A stretch of 62,358 nucleotides of DNA, counting the filler, from Choristocarpus tenellus KU-1152 (taxonomy: Eukaryota; Protista; Phaeophyceae), in the NCBI GenBank assembly GCA_964200185.2. It is 11 parts of 11 records of this genome, joined end to end, with 100 filler letters (N's around TTAATTAATTAA, not from the genome) between each part and the next. Parts side by side here need not be neighbours in the genome. Positions count along the whole stretch, not along the records: positions 1 to 3,617 come from CAXNAD020018934.1; positions 3,718 to 9,141 come from CAXNAD020010826.1; positions 9,242 to 22,151 come from CAXNAD020001664.1; 8 more parts are not named here. One strand, given 5' to 3'. Within the stretch, counting starts at the first letter, position 1. The number at the start of each line of letters is the position of its first letter. Below, piece by piece: positions 1 to 12,500 of the stretch. Both the position numbers and the translations under genes were made by a program. The notes beneath the pieces are model-generated. The model was not told the DNA's origin. It did not search any database and saw only the letters and a program-made list of their open reading frames with translations.

Positions 1-128
1 TGGTAGTAATGTGTACCATATCAACAGGAAACAAATGAGTAGCCTATGTTTTAACACATTCCACACGTCTTGACTGCCGATCCTTCTAAAAACCAGTAGT
101 TCCACCTTTCGAACGGGTTCTTCCCACC

Positions 129-387
129 GAGCCAAAGCATCTTAGAGGGTAGAGCCGCTTCCATTTTGGGCCCAAAATCCACTGTTGCATTTTTGATGTA
201 ATTTTGGCTATCGTATTTATTAGGAAGTGCCAATATCCTTGTTCTGGTACCACCTTTTCATAATGCATACAATATACCTACTCCGAAAAAAATTGTAGTA
301 GGAAATTGTAATAAAAAACCCGACGGGAAGTCAAGCCCCAAACGGACAAACAGGGTAAACCTTGTACCCTCTAAGATACTTTCAAGC
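129..387. mobile_element. MITE family A copy (~260 bp)
   Basis: TIRs GAGCCAAAGCATCTTAGAGGGTA ... TACCCTCTAAGATACTTTCAAGC; 3-bp TSD ACC; internal sequence matches copies at 6986, 23994, 31545 and 57125. Confidence 0.85.
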
Positions 388-439
388 ACCATTAATGCAC
401 AGTGATTACTTGTCATCCGTCGTTCAAGTTGTCGTTTAC

Positions 440-1010
440 GTAGTTAATAGGTCTCGCAAACTCTTCTCTGCAGATCCAGCCTCGCTTCTCGTCCACTCCC
501 TGTGACCTGTCGAATCTCAATGAAGTATTCGTCAGTCAAGCAATTGAGCATGGCGCTTAGTTGCTCCTCATTACTCGGTTCATCTTGTAGGGATCTCATC
601 TTCTTCATGATCCTGTCCACAGCTCCATGATTACAGTGGACGGATCCTCTCCCGCAGATAAATGTAGTTAATTAAGTTTTGATCTCATGGTGGCCCTTAC
701 AGTGACACCAATTTTCCTAAAGTGGTACCTTAAGGCTTGGAAAGCTTTGGAAGGACTGTAGTATTTTCTTGTCACTTGTTCCGCGAACCCATCCAAAGCA
801 TCACCCCAGCAGCCATTGCCATAATTGCTTTTTCTACTTTTCGTTCAGACCATCTGGAATAATCAAAGAAACCACTGCTCACTCTGATGTGATCATCAGT
901 TAACAAGGAATCCTTCCAGCCGCCCATGGCAGCGCATGAAAGGAATTTGCGCTCAAACATTGCAAATACTTCACCATCATCATCGCCACTGTAAACCTTG
1001 ATTTTTATGG
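440..1010 (-). pseudogene. Degenerate Ty1/Copia gag (UBN2/Retrotran_gag_2-like)
   Basis: Reads IKVYSGDDDGEVFAMFERKF...AFQALRYHFRK...RATMRSKLN*LHLSAGEDPSTVIMEL, frameshift, VDRIMKKMRSL...LSAMLNCLTDEYFIEIRQV; resembles Copia gag; contains stops and a frameshift. Confidence 0.6.
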
Positions 1011-1789
1011 CAGTAATATAAGTCGTCGCAATCTCCGTCTAGTTGGTATCTCCTATTTCGCAGTTCTGCTAACCGACTCTCCGTCTTCATCCTCAGACTC
1101 GACACCACCTCTCCACCTTCTTCAAGTGATGTTGCAGGTGTCGTGCCTCCATACTAGCTCTGCTCTTCTCGAAGTACGTCTTCTATAACTGATGGCCTCC
1201 TCCATCATCGGGACTCCCCCTCAAATCGATTTCATGCTAACCTTGAGAACTTAGCACAATTCAGTAAGTAATGCTAGCTAGCATGTTAAAGAAATTGATG
1301 CTCCCAAGACTTGTGAATGCAAATGACTCGATTAGTTCCTTATTGTATAGATCAGGTTGTACATGAAGTAAGAAAGGTGGAAGGAAGGAGTGAACCTCCA
1401 AGCTCAAAAAGGGGGGTTCCTTGTCACCTTATCATTCATATGCTAATAACACGCCACTCATTCTGTGTCACTTGCTACAACCTTCCCTTTCTAGGATTCT
1501 TCTTGTTGTGTACTATAATAAACCCGGAATATATCATCATGGTCATTCAACAAAAACCTTCCTATTAATGATCCCGTTCTCGAACCATACTCTAACAACT
1601 GATTATTTGTCCTACAGAATCATATTCTTCACGACGTATCGGGTCGGCAGCCCATGCTGTGAGTAGTAGATGGAGTTCGAAGGGACGTCATGTTGAGTGT
1701 TCGACGCAAGAAGATGTTGATTGTTCTCAGCAACGATGGCAGCACTTGCTTAAGCCAGGTGTGTTTAGATTATGATTGATGCTTGGCTA

Positions 1790-2500
1790 TTGTAGCAGAC
1801 GGTGGTGGAGTAGATTGGTGAAAACTTTGGAGTCGGCACACCTTAACGGAGAGGGATATAAAGACCTCGGCGTCAGTATAGTTTTGTCCCACAATGAGTA
1901 TACACACTGCGTCGTGATATGTGTGCTTGCAACCTCCTCTACACACTGAAGAACTTCTTTTGCATTCTGCGAGACACCACTACCTGGTGACAAACATCTA
2001 AGTTGAAGCTAGTGTTAGTACTCAGATGGGGTGGTACGACACACTCCAGGTTTGTGGACAGTAGTGCCCTCAAAGAAGTTTTGGTTGGAAGCTCTGAGCT
2101 GGTTCAACATACTGTTCGGGTATATCCTGTCCAAAAACAAATACTGTCCATATTTCTATTTCTGGTTCCAGGATAATTAGCAATACGCACATCATCATAC
2201 CAGTACTTTATAGCGAGTGCAAAGCACATCGCGGATAATGTTCTGAATCGGGTTGACAAATGAAGTGAAATAATTTGAAAGGAAGGAAAGGTTAACAATT
2301 ACAGGATCTCGAGAAATAGCACAAAGACGTTATCCTGTTCGAATGCACAAGTGGCCATCCCTGAATTGTGGTGTTCTTTGGTCTTTGGAAGAGAGAATAT
2401 CCGTTTTTTGTACTCTATTGTTGCAGCTAAAGCAACAAAATTTGATGCATTGCGAAAGCTATGGAACAGCGCAGTTAAATGCACAAGGGCTCGTCTCAAC
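1790..2500 (-). pseudogene. Degenerate Copia pol fragments (integrase core, RNase H end)
   Basis: PKTKEHHNSGMA (cf. PxTPEQNGxAER), RFRTLSAMCFALAIKYWYDDVRIANY (integrase) and THITTQ...ADSKVFTNLL (cf. KHIDxR...ADxFTKxL); PPT-like TTTGAGGGGGAGT on the minus strand at ~1213-1225. Confidence 0.5.
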
Positions 2501-2899
2501 CTGCCTATATTGAACTGATTTGGACGGCTGAGTGCCTTTCCTTGTCATGTATCATGACATCCGCATGCATAATGCGCAATCCATAATCATCGATGCAATA
2601 GTCCTGGATTCCTGTTAGTGCTACCACAATAAATTGCAGGAGTTGCAACAGCACCGTTAAGCACCAGGAGGAGCACTTCATCACCCTTTCAAACCCTTGT
2701 CTCTGTGCAAGTCACCTCAATCATAGAAAGAATGTCTTCGACATACGTACGAAACCTCCTTTGTGTAGTGTGTTGTAGTCATAGCGTCGCTGTAGTTGAT
2801 TGCGACCATCAAACAGATCTCACCAATATTTTCTTAATTCTTGTCATTGCCATAATTCAAAACCTTTTCAATACACATATTCTACGACGAGTCAGTGAA

Positions 2900-3100
2900 A
2901 ACACAATCCACCCTGCACTAAAAGGAGACAATACACCTTCCTCGAACACATACACAAAACCTACTAGTAAACAGCTACATATCTTTCTCTCCACAGTACT
3001 CGTAGCGAGGAATGCATACGCACACAACACACAGTTCTACGTGTAGTCCTGCTTGGGTATCTCGCCGCAAACAATACCAACTAGACACAAAAATGACAGC
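2900..3100 (+). pseudogene. Possible Penelope-like RT C-terminal relic
   Basis: LKGDNTPSSNTYTKPTSKQLHI resembles the YxKPT motif downstream of Penelope RT; no other support. Confidence 0.25.
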
Positions 3101-3617
3101 TTCGATCCATTGCAGAGATTCGATGCCACTTCAAATGTTGTCCAGATCTTCAAACTCCTTCCCCTCTGACCATCGAGTGTTGAGTCTGGGCTTGAAATGA
3201 GTTATGCTACTACTACTAATACTGATAACGTATTTTTCGCACAAATCGAGCTCAATGCTGGCTAAGGCAACACATGCTTCGAAGTACAATACAACAGTAG
3301 AATACAAGGCCCAATAGAACAAGAAGAAAGATCGTGTAAGGTGCGTAAGGAACATAGTTCCATCCATAATCCTCGATACTTACCGTATTGTATGAGCCTT
3401 TCCAGATATCTAGTCAAGGATCCACCGAAGAAATAAAAATATATATTCCACAGATGTTACCTAAGACCTTCATATGGTCACATATATTCCACTTCCAGCC
3501 TCCAACTGCGAATAGCTTCCCCAAGTCGAGAAGGTGTAGACAAGAGGATTATTCATAATCACAAGGCACCATGACAGCAATCTGAAACAGGAGAGAGATG
3601 GAGACACCGCGCGCGAT

Positions 3618-3717
3618 NNNNNNNNNNNNNNNNNNNNNNNNNNNNNNNNNNNNNNNNNNNNTTAATTAATTAANNNNNNNNNNNNNNNNNNNNNNNNNNN
3701 NNNNNNNNNNNNNNNNN
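3618..3717. other. Assembly linker N-TTAATTAATTAA-N (100 bp). Also at ~9142, 22152, 31301, 36282, 41106, 44319, 47547, 53189 and 57906
   Basis: Identical six-frame-stop 12-mer inside N runs, 10 occurrences; artificial. Confidence 0.97.
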
Positions 3718-3840
3718 TTTGTGATCCATCGCCCTTCTTCATTGCCCATCACCCATGTAACCCCGCCCTCCCCCCCCCCCTCCCCCCCCCCCCCTCCCCC
3801 CCCCCCAACAAACTCACTGACAAGTTCAATCACAGTGTCT

Positions 3841-5665
3841 TTATGTGTAACCTCCCTTGCACCTCCGGCACTGTCCTCCCCTCACCACACCACTTCTCCA
3901 CAGACACTGCTTGCACACCAGGGCCTTGCAGCAAGCTGACCTTGCCATGACCATCTTGCGATCTCCACACTCTCTGCAAACCAGGCCACTCCTCATTCCA
4001 GCACCCAGCATACCTTTGTCCCTGCCCTCCCCAACAGCCCCATTTGGGGGATCAAGGATTGCCTCAGTGGTGGTAGCAGGAGGTGGAGCTACTTCTCGTA
4101 CTGTATCTTGACCACTGCTACTCTCTGCCATGGACTCTGGAACAGGTTCACCTTTCAATGTAGTGCTACGATCCAGCATTCTGGCCGTACATATCCCAGC
4201 AGTCACCGACTGACATTCATTTGTCACCTCCTTCTCTACCACTACCCCCAGTTCTCCTCCAGAACCTTCCCTTCCTACTGGCACAGGAGAATCCTCCTCC
4301 TCATTATGCCTCTTCCCTTCTGCTTCTTTGCTCGACAATGAAATACTTGTCAATGGTTGCTCTAAAAGTAGTGCTTGGGATGGTATGTAAATGCTGTCCG
4401 CATTCCCTGGTTCAACCGCTGCAAGGTCCTTTCCATCTCTTTGGGCAGGGCTTTGAATTGCCAAGACTTTCAGAGACTTCCCCTCCTCACCTTCTCCATG
4501 TCCTGCCTGCACCTCAAACTGCAACAGCAAGGTGCGTATCTCATCCTGTTCCGTGCACCCTCTGCCCACACTTACTTTGACTTCAGTGCTCCCACTCTTG
4601 TTACTTGGGGCCGGGGGGCTCAGAGCTACTAGGTCGAGAGGGGTTTTTCCAAGGGCATCCTTGATGCTTGTGTTGGCTCCTGCTTCCAGAAGCGCCTTTA
4701 CCGTGTTGATGTGGCGCTCAGCGACAGCCTTGTGGAGAGGGGTTCGCATGTCCAGGAAGGAGGCATCCTTAGCGGCAAGATTTGCTCCGGATCCTATCAG
4801 TGCCTCAACACATGCTAGCCTACCGCCGAAAGCCGCCCTGTGACGGGAATGATGGTGGCATTTGGGAGGGATCAAGATATTGATCATCACGTGGAGGAAG
4901 AGAAGAGCACACCAGATTTCACGAGTATTATAGCAGAGAGGCATTGGGCATAAGACATCAGTGCAAATAGGGGCCGATTTTGGTCAGTAGTGATAACTTT
5001 TGTCGTCCATATTATGATATGTGAGACTTTGAGATTACTTTTATCCTCTCATGTTCATGCGCCCATTCCCAACCCGATCAGTTCCAAAATAATGTCGATC
5101 TCAGCTCCAACACATTTTTTTTTTTCCTTGCAGGAGATCCATACCTGTGCAGTGGAGTGGCTCCACAGCCACCATCCTCTTGTGCAACACCATCAGGACT
5201 AGCGCCTGCTGCTAAAAGGTACTCCACAACCTCCAATCGCCCATCTATACGTGGGAAATAAAATACAGATGTTGGTGACGGCAAACACCATAATCAACTA
5301 CTTTAGAAATCTCAGTAAACAGCTGTTTCGACTGGAAGCCACGCGTGGGAGCGTTTGGTATTATCCTACAGGGTGGGCAACTGTGAAAAGATCGTTGCGG
5401 GCAATGCTGGTACTTTACCTTGACGTCTTTCAACTAGATCTCTTGACAAAAAAATGGCAATATCAATTAACAGCAGGAAAGTCTTACGTTGGGAGGCATA
5501 GTGAAGCGGAGTGTAGCCGTACGTATCCACGGCGTTGGGATTATGCCCTCTCCTACCCACAAGAATCCTCAAGCGATCGATATCGCCCCATTCTGCCACA
5601 GTCCAGATACTTCCATTAGTGATCAGATTTCTATCCACCGGATAAGGGATCAGTGAAGGTGATCG
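3841..5665 (-). CDS. ANKRD39-like ankyrin repeat protein with long low-complexity linker and C-terminal Cys-rich finger; 5' exon(s) not located
   Basis: Exons 5665-5488, 5244-5145 and 4837-3841 join in frame via GT-AG: IWTVAEWGDIDRL...DTYGYTPLHYASQHGRLEVVEYLLAAGA...GATPLHRAAFGGRLACVEALIGSGAN...RTPLHKAVAERH...KDALGKTPLDLV; tail CRECGD...CCKALVCKQC...CRRC. Confidence 0.85.
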
Positions 5666-6094
5666 CTGTCAGAGTAGCAATTCAAAGTAACAACCCAACA
5701 AACATATCTGAAGACAAGAGGATACTGCAAGCAAATACATCTTCTTGTAATGAGAAAATGTAGCCAATGAAGGTAGTTGGCTTAAGCTGATGATGAAAAA
5801 GGGGAAAGGAATCAAAGCAATTTTATCGGAGACCTGCAAGGGCAGCCCTTGTTCTCTCCGTTGCTGTGAAGGGGGCAAAATGAGCTGAATACAAGGTTCA
5901 TCCTTTTTTCGCAACCCCAATGAAAGAATGATGAATTATGTGTTTGAGTTGATAATTTGGTCTCAACCAACACAAACATAATTTTGTATTTAACACGTAC
6001 CTCTCATATACGTACGTATTAACACCATTCACAAACCTCTGTGATGATGAATGCACATGGACTTGATGGAATGATATATTTCCGTAGGACGAAT

Positions 6095-6133
<39 letters not shown>

Positions 6134-6145
6134 TGTGTGTGCGTG
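6095..6145. repeat. (AG)n/(TG)n microsatellite
   Basis: Direct reading. Confidence 0.9.
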
Positions 6146-6985
6146 TTGGGGGTGGGTCACCGTTGGGTTCCTCGTCAAGAGTAGGTGCTATACCACATGT
6201 CGATGTCAGCAATCCGTCAAACACAACACTGTTGGGAGGGGAGTCAAAACACAGTTCATGGTGTATACAAATATTGTACACTTCATCATCAGAGAATAAA
6301 TCACCAGTATTAATCCGGTCCACATACCCATCAGGTCTGCTCCCAGACCAGTCTAAATCAAGCAGATCCGTCCGGTTCGTTTCGTCTCTCAATCAATCTG
6401 AAAAAGCGATGTGGCCTGGAACATATTATCATGCACCAATACCAGATCGATATGGTTGACCAGTGTTCCACATTGTCCAGTATCGGAAGTTTGAGGGGGG
6501 AAACCTGTGTAGTAGTGGTGGTGGTGGTCGCCATTCCTTTCTTGATTTGGTTCACAAGAATACTCCTCTTTTTTGTCCCTATTTCTACATTAAGTAATAT
6601 ACACTATTTTTATGAGTTCACGTTTTTTGACACTTGAAAGGTTGTAGTATTATCTCATATTTAGAGTAAATGGGTCTGTATATATATATGCCTTTCCAGT
6701 GAGTCTTTGTGTTCTACCCTACCCTTCCGTACCCAGAATATTGTAAATGGTTACTAGCAGTGCTATGTACGTAAGAGCCACCCACACTTGGGAAACCGCC
6801 CGCCTTATTGAGGGAGTCAGAAATACATGCAGGAACTGTGTGGTGAATGTACCCACTAAAGGGTTCAAATTTGTGCCTGGTATCCTTCTCTTCATACAAA
6901 AATATACTATTCGCTTGGTCAATATGCACGCAAACACGGATTTTATGTGAAGTGAGTGATATCAGATCCAAGTTAGGGCACTTTA

Positions 6986-7245
6986 GAGTGAAATATCATA
7001 GAGGTTACGGGTTTTGCCCTGTTAGTCCATTTGGGGCTTGACTTCCCATGGGTTTTTTAAGACATTTCCTACTCCGAAATGTTTCGTAGTAGGTAAAATG
7101 TATACGTTATGAAAAGGTGTAAGCGGAACAAGGATATTTGACACTTCCTAACAAACACGATAAACCAAAATTACATCAAAATATCACAGTATTGGATTTT
7201 GGCCCCCAAATGGACGTGGCTCTGCCCTCTAAGATACTTTGGCTC
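6986..7245. mobile_element. MITE family A copy (opposite orientation)
   Basis: GAGTGAAATATCATAGAGG ... CCCTCTAAGATACTTTGGCTC; reverse complement of the 129-387 copy. Confidence 0.85.
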
Positions 7246-7735
7246 TTTGACTGGTGCATTTACCATATGATTCCCGCAGGTATTTCTCGCCCCCTTAATA
7301 CGAGGAGTGGCTCCCCAAGTGGGCGTGACTCCCATGTGCATGGCAGGAGAAGAATGTCATGCAGGGTGTCTCCAGGCTGGCAGTCTACGGTAATGCAAAT
7401 CAATTGCAACCACCCTGTAAATAGCACCTTCCCCCCCTCCCCTCCCACCCTTCCTATACGAACGTACCTTCTGAGGTCTAAAAACGTTTGACATGTTCCA
7501 TATGTCCAGTCCTAGAATCCCTTGTAGATCTCAACCTAAAGAGTTGAGTTGCTATTTTTTTTCCTCCTTCTATTTGAGCTAAGAAGGCATAGGCAAGTAA
7601 GAACCTGTTCACCACGAGGTATCACTGCTCACAATTCACTAAATGCCTTCGTGGGTATAGATCTGCCTGACACCTGTGGGGGTTTGGGGTTGGAGACTTC
7701 AAGGACTAATCTGCATGACGAAGAAGACACCAAGT

Positions 7736-7914
7736 GACCCAAAGTATCTGGGAGGGGGGGAGGGGTCTATAGTAGGGTGTCCATTTGCCCCGAAAGCAGG
7801 AAAGGTGCATTTACATTATCCATCCGACGTGTGCAACCAAATCACCCAAAATCGCGACATGAAAAAATTGACTCCAAAAGGACAGTCGCCACCCCCTCCC
7901 AGCTACTTTGAGCC
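7736..7914. mobile_element. MITE family B copy (~175 bp)
   Basis: GACCCAAAGTATCTGGGAGGG ... CCCTCCCAGCTACTTTGAGCC; TSD AGT. Confidence 0.85.
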
Positions 7915-8520
7915 AGTAGAGGATGAAGACGACGAGGAAACAGAACCTGACCAGGTTCAGATCGCAGAACCGAAAAGTAAGAACGTTTCAACACCTTCAG
8001 GATACCACGGTGGGATATGTACCTCCAATCCTCACCTGTAAGTTAGTGGTGAAGCTTGATGAAGCCGGCTGTGACGGGATCCTTTAAAGATAACCACAAG
8101 ATACAAGCGTTTGTTAGACTATGGTTGTGATGACCGTGTAGTTTTTCTGAAGTTAAACGCACGACTGAAATGATAGACCACAAATGAGTGTATGGAACCT
8201 CGGCTGCAATATGAAAAGTCATGAGTTATAGGAAGCCGTAACACAACCGTAAACTGCTGACTTATTCTCAAGTTACAATTCTTACCTTCTTAACATACCA
8301 TGATTTTCTGGTTGCGCTTGAAGAAGAGCGTAGGTAGAAATGTACTCCTCCTGTCATACATGTGCAAAATTAGCAAACACTCAAATCCGTCAGGTGGAAG
8401 TATCCAACTTGGAGTTTCTTTTTAATTCGCAACGTTGTTGAGATTTGCCAATGCCCCTACATGTGACACCTATGTGAAGAACGGTGATCTTGACAGGATC
8501 TAGAATCAGACGGGGAACTC

Positions 8521-8687
8521 CTGTTACAGGCGAATACCGCGAGCATTTCTTCTTGTGTTCTAACAAAGTGCGAGCGTTTGTTACACGCGAATAGCGCTAG
8601 CATTTCTTCTCGTGCTTTAGCAAACACGAACGTTTGTGACAGACGAATAGTGCGAGGATTGTTTCTCGCGTTCTAACAAGTGCGAAC
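8521..8687. repeat. Minisatellite, ~56 bp x3
   Basis: Unit ~GCGAATA(C/G)CGCGAGCATTTCTTCT(T/C)GTGTTCTAACAAAGTGCGAGCGTTTGTTACA. Confidence 0.85.
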
Positions 8688-8984
8688 AATATACGATATT
8701 AGTAACGCATAGTTCCTAAGATGTTTCAGAATAAAGGTTTATGATTGGAGTATGTATAGAGCAGTTGCATAGAAAACAAAAGATATTGGGTGGATGCTGA
8801 AAAAAATAGGAGGGCTTTTAGTGAAAACACTTTTACCCCTCTTACCAGTCTATTATCTTGAATGAAACTTTGAGTCGAGCTTTGAGCTAAGCACTGAGTG
8901 GAATATCAAGAGAGAAGGCTACCTGACACCCTGCAAACTGTTACTAAGGGCAACGCCCCCATAGCGTCGTTTTAAGGTCGTTGA

Positions 8985-9141
8985 GGCTCGAAGTATCTGA
9001 GGGGGGGGTAGCAGCTGTCCATTTGGGGTCAAAAAAAAAATCGCGATTTTTTTGTGATTTGGTTGCATACATCGGATGGATGATGTACAAGCACCTTTCC
9101 TGATTTTGGTCCAAACGGACACCCTGGTGTAGCCACCCCCC
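8985..9141. mobile_element. MITE family B copy, truncated by gap
   Basis: GGCTCGAAGTATCTGAGGGGG start and B internal sequence; ends in a poly-C run at the linker. Confidence 0.8.
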
Positions 9142-9528
9142 NNNNNNNNNNNNNNNNNNNNNNNNNNNNNNNNNNNNNNNNNNNNTTAATTAATTAANNN
9201 NNNNNNNNNNNNNNNNNNNNNNNNNNNNNNNNNNNNNNNNNCCTCGTAGTGGGTGCGCTTTCGCGCCTCAGCTGCAACAGCAGCTACACCATTGCTGGCG
9301 GGTGAATGGGTGAGGTGGGAGGTGGCGGGCATAAATATAATAAAGTGAGAGTCCATTCCCATTTCCACCCAAAAAATTAACTTACATTTTAGCGGTATAA
9401 TGTTTATCCCATACCGCGAAGTGTGTTATGGTATCACTCACCTCTATCTCACCAAACCAACAAAAGAAACTGGCTTTCATGAGTCAATATACACATGATT
9501 CCAGACGAGTGAGATAGAAATACCCCAC

Positions 9529-12500
9529 ATGATGTTTATCTCTCCCCATATAGGTATGCCTCGCATCCTTGTCCTAGCAGTTGTGGGGCATCTTATTGAA
9601 AATACGTCTGCCTTCCTGACTCCTACGCATGTCAACATTGTTCATCATGCGAGCTGCCAGCTTGGTCGGACCTGTCGCACCGTGCTATCTTCATCTATAG
9701 ATCCACAAGATAAACGCCAGATTGATTTGGAGCCCCTGGATCGAAAAACACTTATCAAGGCTATACCTTCCACCCTTGCCTTGGGTTTGGTGACTCAGGG
9801 CGTAGTGGCATCGGCGAAAACTGGTCTGCTGGTGGCAAAACCAGCTCCTCGAGGCACCAAAGTTGTCGTCCTTGGTGGAAACGGCTTTGTCGGAAGCAAG
9901 GTCTGCGAAATACTTGTCTCCACTGGTGAGTTGCAACATGGGGAATTGTGTGGCTCTGTAAAGTGAATGAGCTTCACCTACGGGCGGCTGACGGGATGGT
10001 TCTTTTTTCCCTCAGGAGCTGATGTCACCAGTATCAGCCGCAGCGGCGGTCTCCCTATCAAGTGGGCTTCCGGACAGGCCTGGACTAAAAAAGTGAGACA
10101 TTCCGAAAAAATGGTCTCCCGCACTGCTTAATTGGAACACCTGAGAGGCGTCCTGGTCTATAACGGCCATTATAGGTCTTGTGCTCGAGTCATCATCGTA
10201 GTTCCATCGAGTAGTGCTCTGGACGAACATCGGTACCCTTATTCTAGCCTTACTTCCTCATCTTGGCAGTACCTATCCAATCTTTTCCTTGATCAAGCTA
10301 AATTTGTTTATCTCTATATTTGATCCTATATCTCAGTGTGCGCATCTCAAATTCCGCAACCATCGGTCGATCAGGTTAATTGGACAGCTGGAAATCCTTT
10401 GACTGCCGACATTTCCGACATGTTTAGTGGCGCGACTGCTGTGATATCATGTATTGGTGTTATTGGAGGCAATGATATCGACTTGGAGAAGGGCAATGGA
10501 GACGTCAATGTTGCTGCAGCATTCCAGGTACTCTAGTGGCAATCCAACTGCTCCATGAATTTTCCTACACCTATAGCGTAGCGTTGTTCATGGTATCTCT
10601 GAGTGAAGCTAGAAATGCTGTTTGCAAAACCTAGAAAAGGTATCCCTTTCCAACTGCGGCGTTGAGCCCCTTCCTTTGATTGAATGGTGATTTTGTCAAG
10701 AATAGTCGTCTGTGCATACCTTGGAAGCATGTGAAATCATTAGTGAGTACTGATACGCCACTACAATGACAGTATCTCCTGATTATATCTTGTGAATACT
10801 TTTGCAGGTGATTTGGCCCAGCCGATTCATATTCCCTCACCCACTGATTGTTACGAATTTTCTGTCATATCATAACCAATATAGGCCTATACAACAGTAG
10901 CAAGTGTATCCATAGCTGGACAACTATTATACTCCAAACCAAACATGATTGCCCCAAGAACAAACACTGAATGTTCACAATATTTATGCTCTTGCGCAGC
11001 ACTCAACAATTAGGGATTAGCGTCAGGGTGTAATATGTTGAGTGACATTACAAGAGTGTGGGATCACAACATATGATGTTTGATAAGAACTTGGTCAAGC
11101 ATATGGTGCAGATCTGAATATACATTTGACCTATGGCAGAGCTGATTGTCTTTCCCATGCACCGCATGATAGGCAAGAAGTGCCCAGGTCCGCCGCTTTG
11201 TATACGTGTCCGTGTCAAAGCTTGTACCAGAGGCAATCAATGGGGCAGTGATGCAAGGGTGAGAATTTTTTGGCAGAAACATTTTTTGTTGTTAATTTGC
11301 ACTCTGCTAGTCACCAGTTGCTCTACAATGACCACACATTCAACAAAGGAATTTGTTATCATTGCTGTTGATTGGGAACCATTTAGATGTGTATTCTGTG
11401 GGAAGCATGGATATTCTGTCTTGTCAAATATAATTATCACCAGAGAGTAGACTGTTGCAATTAGCTCTGTTTTTCTTTGCTCCGTATCTTGTAGTCTACA
11501 GTAAAGGATTCCTTTTCTGCTCAGATAACCTTGGCAAATTTTTCAATTCACGGGATGTATCAGAGCTCTGAGTTTTGAGTCTTTTGCCAATCTTCTGACA
11601 GAATGTGGCAGTGAATAACCGATGAACTCGCCACATTTGCTCTTATCCAGTTTGTCCGCGCTGCTCCAAGTATATGAGATGAGCTCTTAGAATGGCCAAT
11701 GTTCCAGTACCATGCGTCCTATCCTCTCGAAGTGCAAAGTGGAATGCAGTATCTTGTGTGTGTCATTCCAGGTGTGTAGAGTGATTCTGCCATGAACCCC
11801 AACGTGGACTGTATATATAGGTACTTCAACGGAAAGAAGAAGGCTGAAGAGGCCATTATCTCTGCCTTCCCAACAGAGGGTGTTTTGATTAGGCCCACCT
11901 TTATCTACGGTGGGGATTCATTTGGCCTGACTCCTCCTCGTGTGTCGGACGGGTATGGCTCGGCAATAGATAGTCTGCTGTCATCAGGTCCTCTCAGGGC
12001 AATGGCCGGAGCTTCACCAGGCCTCATCAAGGTGGTATTGTGGAATGGAGTTTCGTGTGCCAATGGCTGTCTTTCATGTGCCCCAAACATTTTACAACAA
12101 CTGCTTAATGTGTTGAACAAAAAGGAACCTACCTTAAACTCTCAAGTACAATGTGATGCATACAAGAACTTTATAGATGGATACACTTTTTCGTGCGGAG
12201 GTCGTGAACGTATAATGGGAACAGACTCACAACATCAGGGCTGATGGGAAGGAGTAATACCAAGTTCAGCCTGGCACAAGGCTCAAAGTATCTGGGGGGG
12301 ATAGCGGCTGTCCATTTGGGGCCAATTATTGCATGTCGCGATTTTTGGGTGATTTGATTCCATACGCTGGATGGATAATGAAAGTGCACTTTTCCTGGTT
12401 ATGGGCTAAATGGACAACCTGGTGTAGACCCACCCCCCTAGATGCTTTGGATCACAAGAGACCCCAGTGAAGTGAAATGTCTAGCAGTTGACTTTGGTCG

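Noticed and set aside
51-268. Short similar ORFs (MALPNKYDSQNYIK...) at 51, 7138 and 23880
   Set aside because: Chance frames within MITE A copies
3662-3673. Recurrent TTAATTAATTAA palindrome
   Set aside because: Always centred in N runs; artificial six-frame-stop linker
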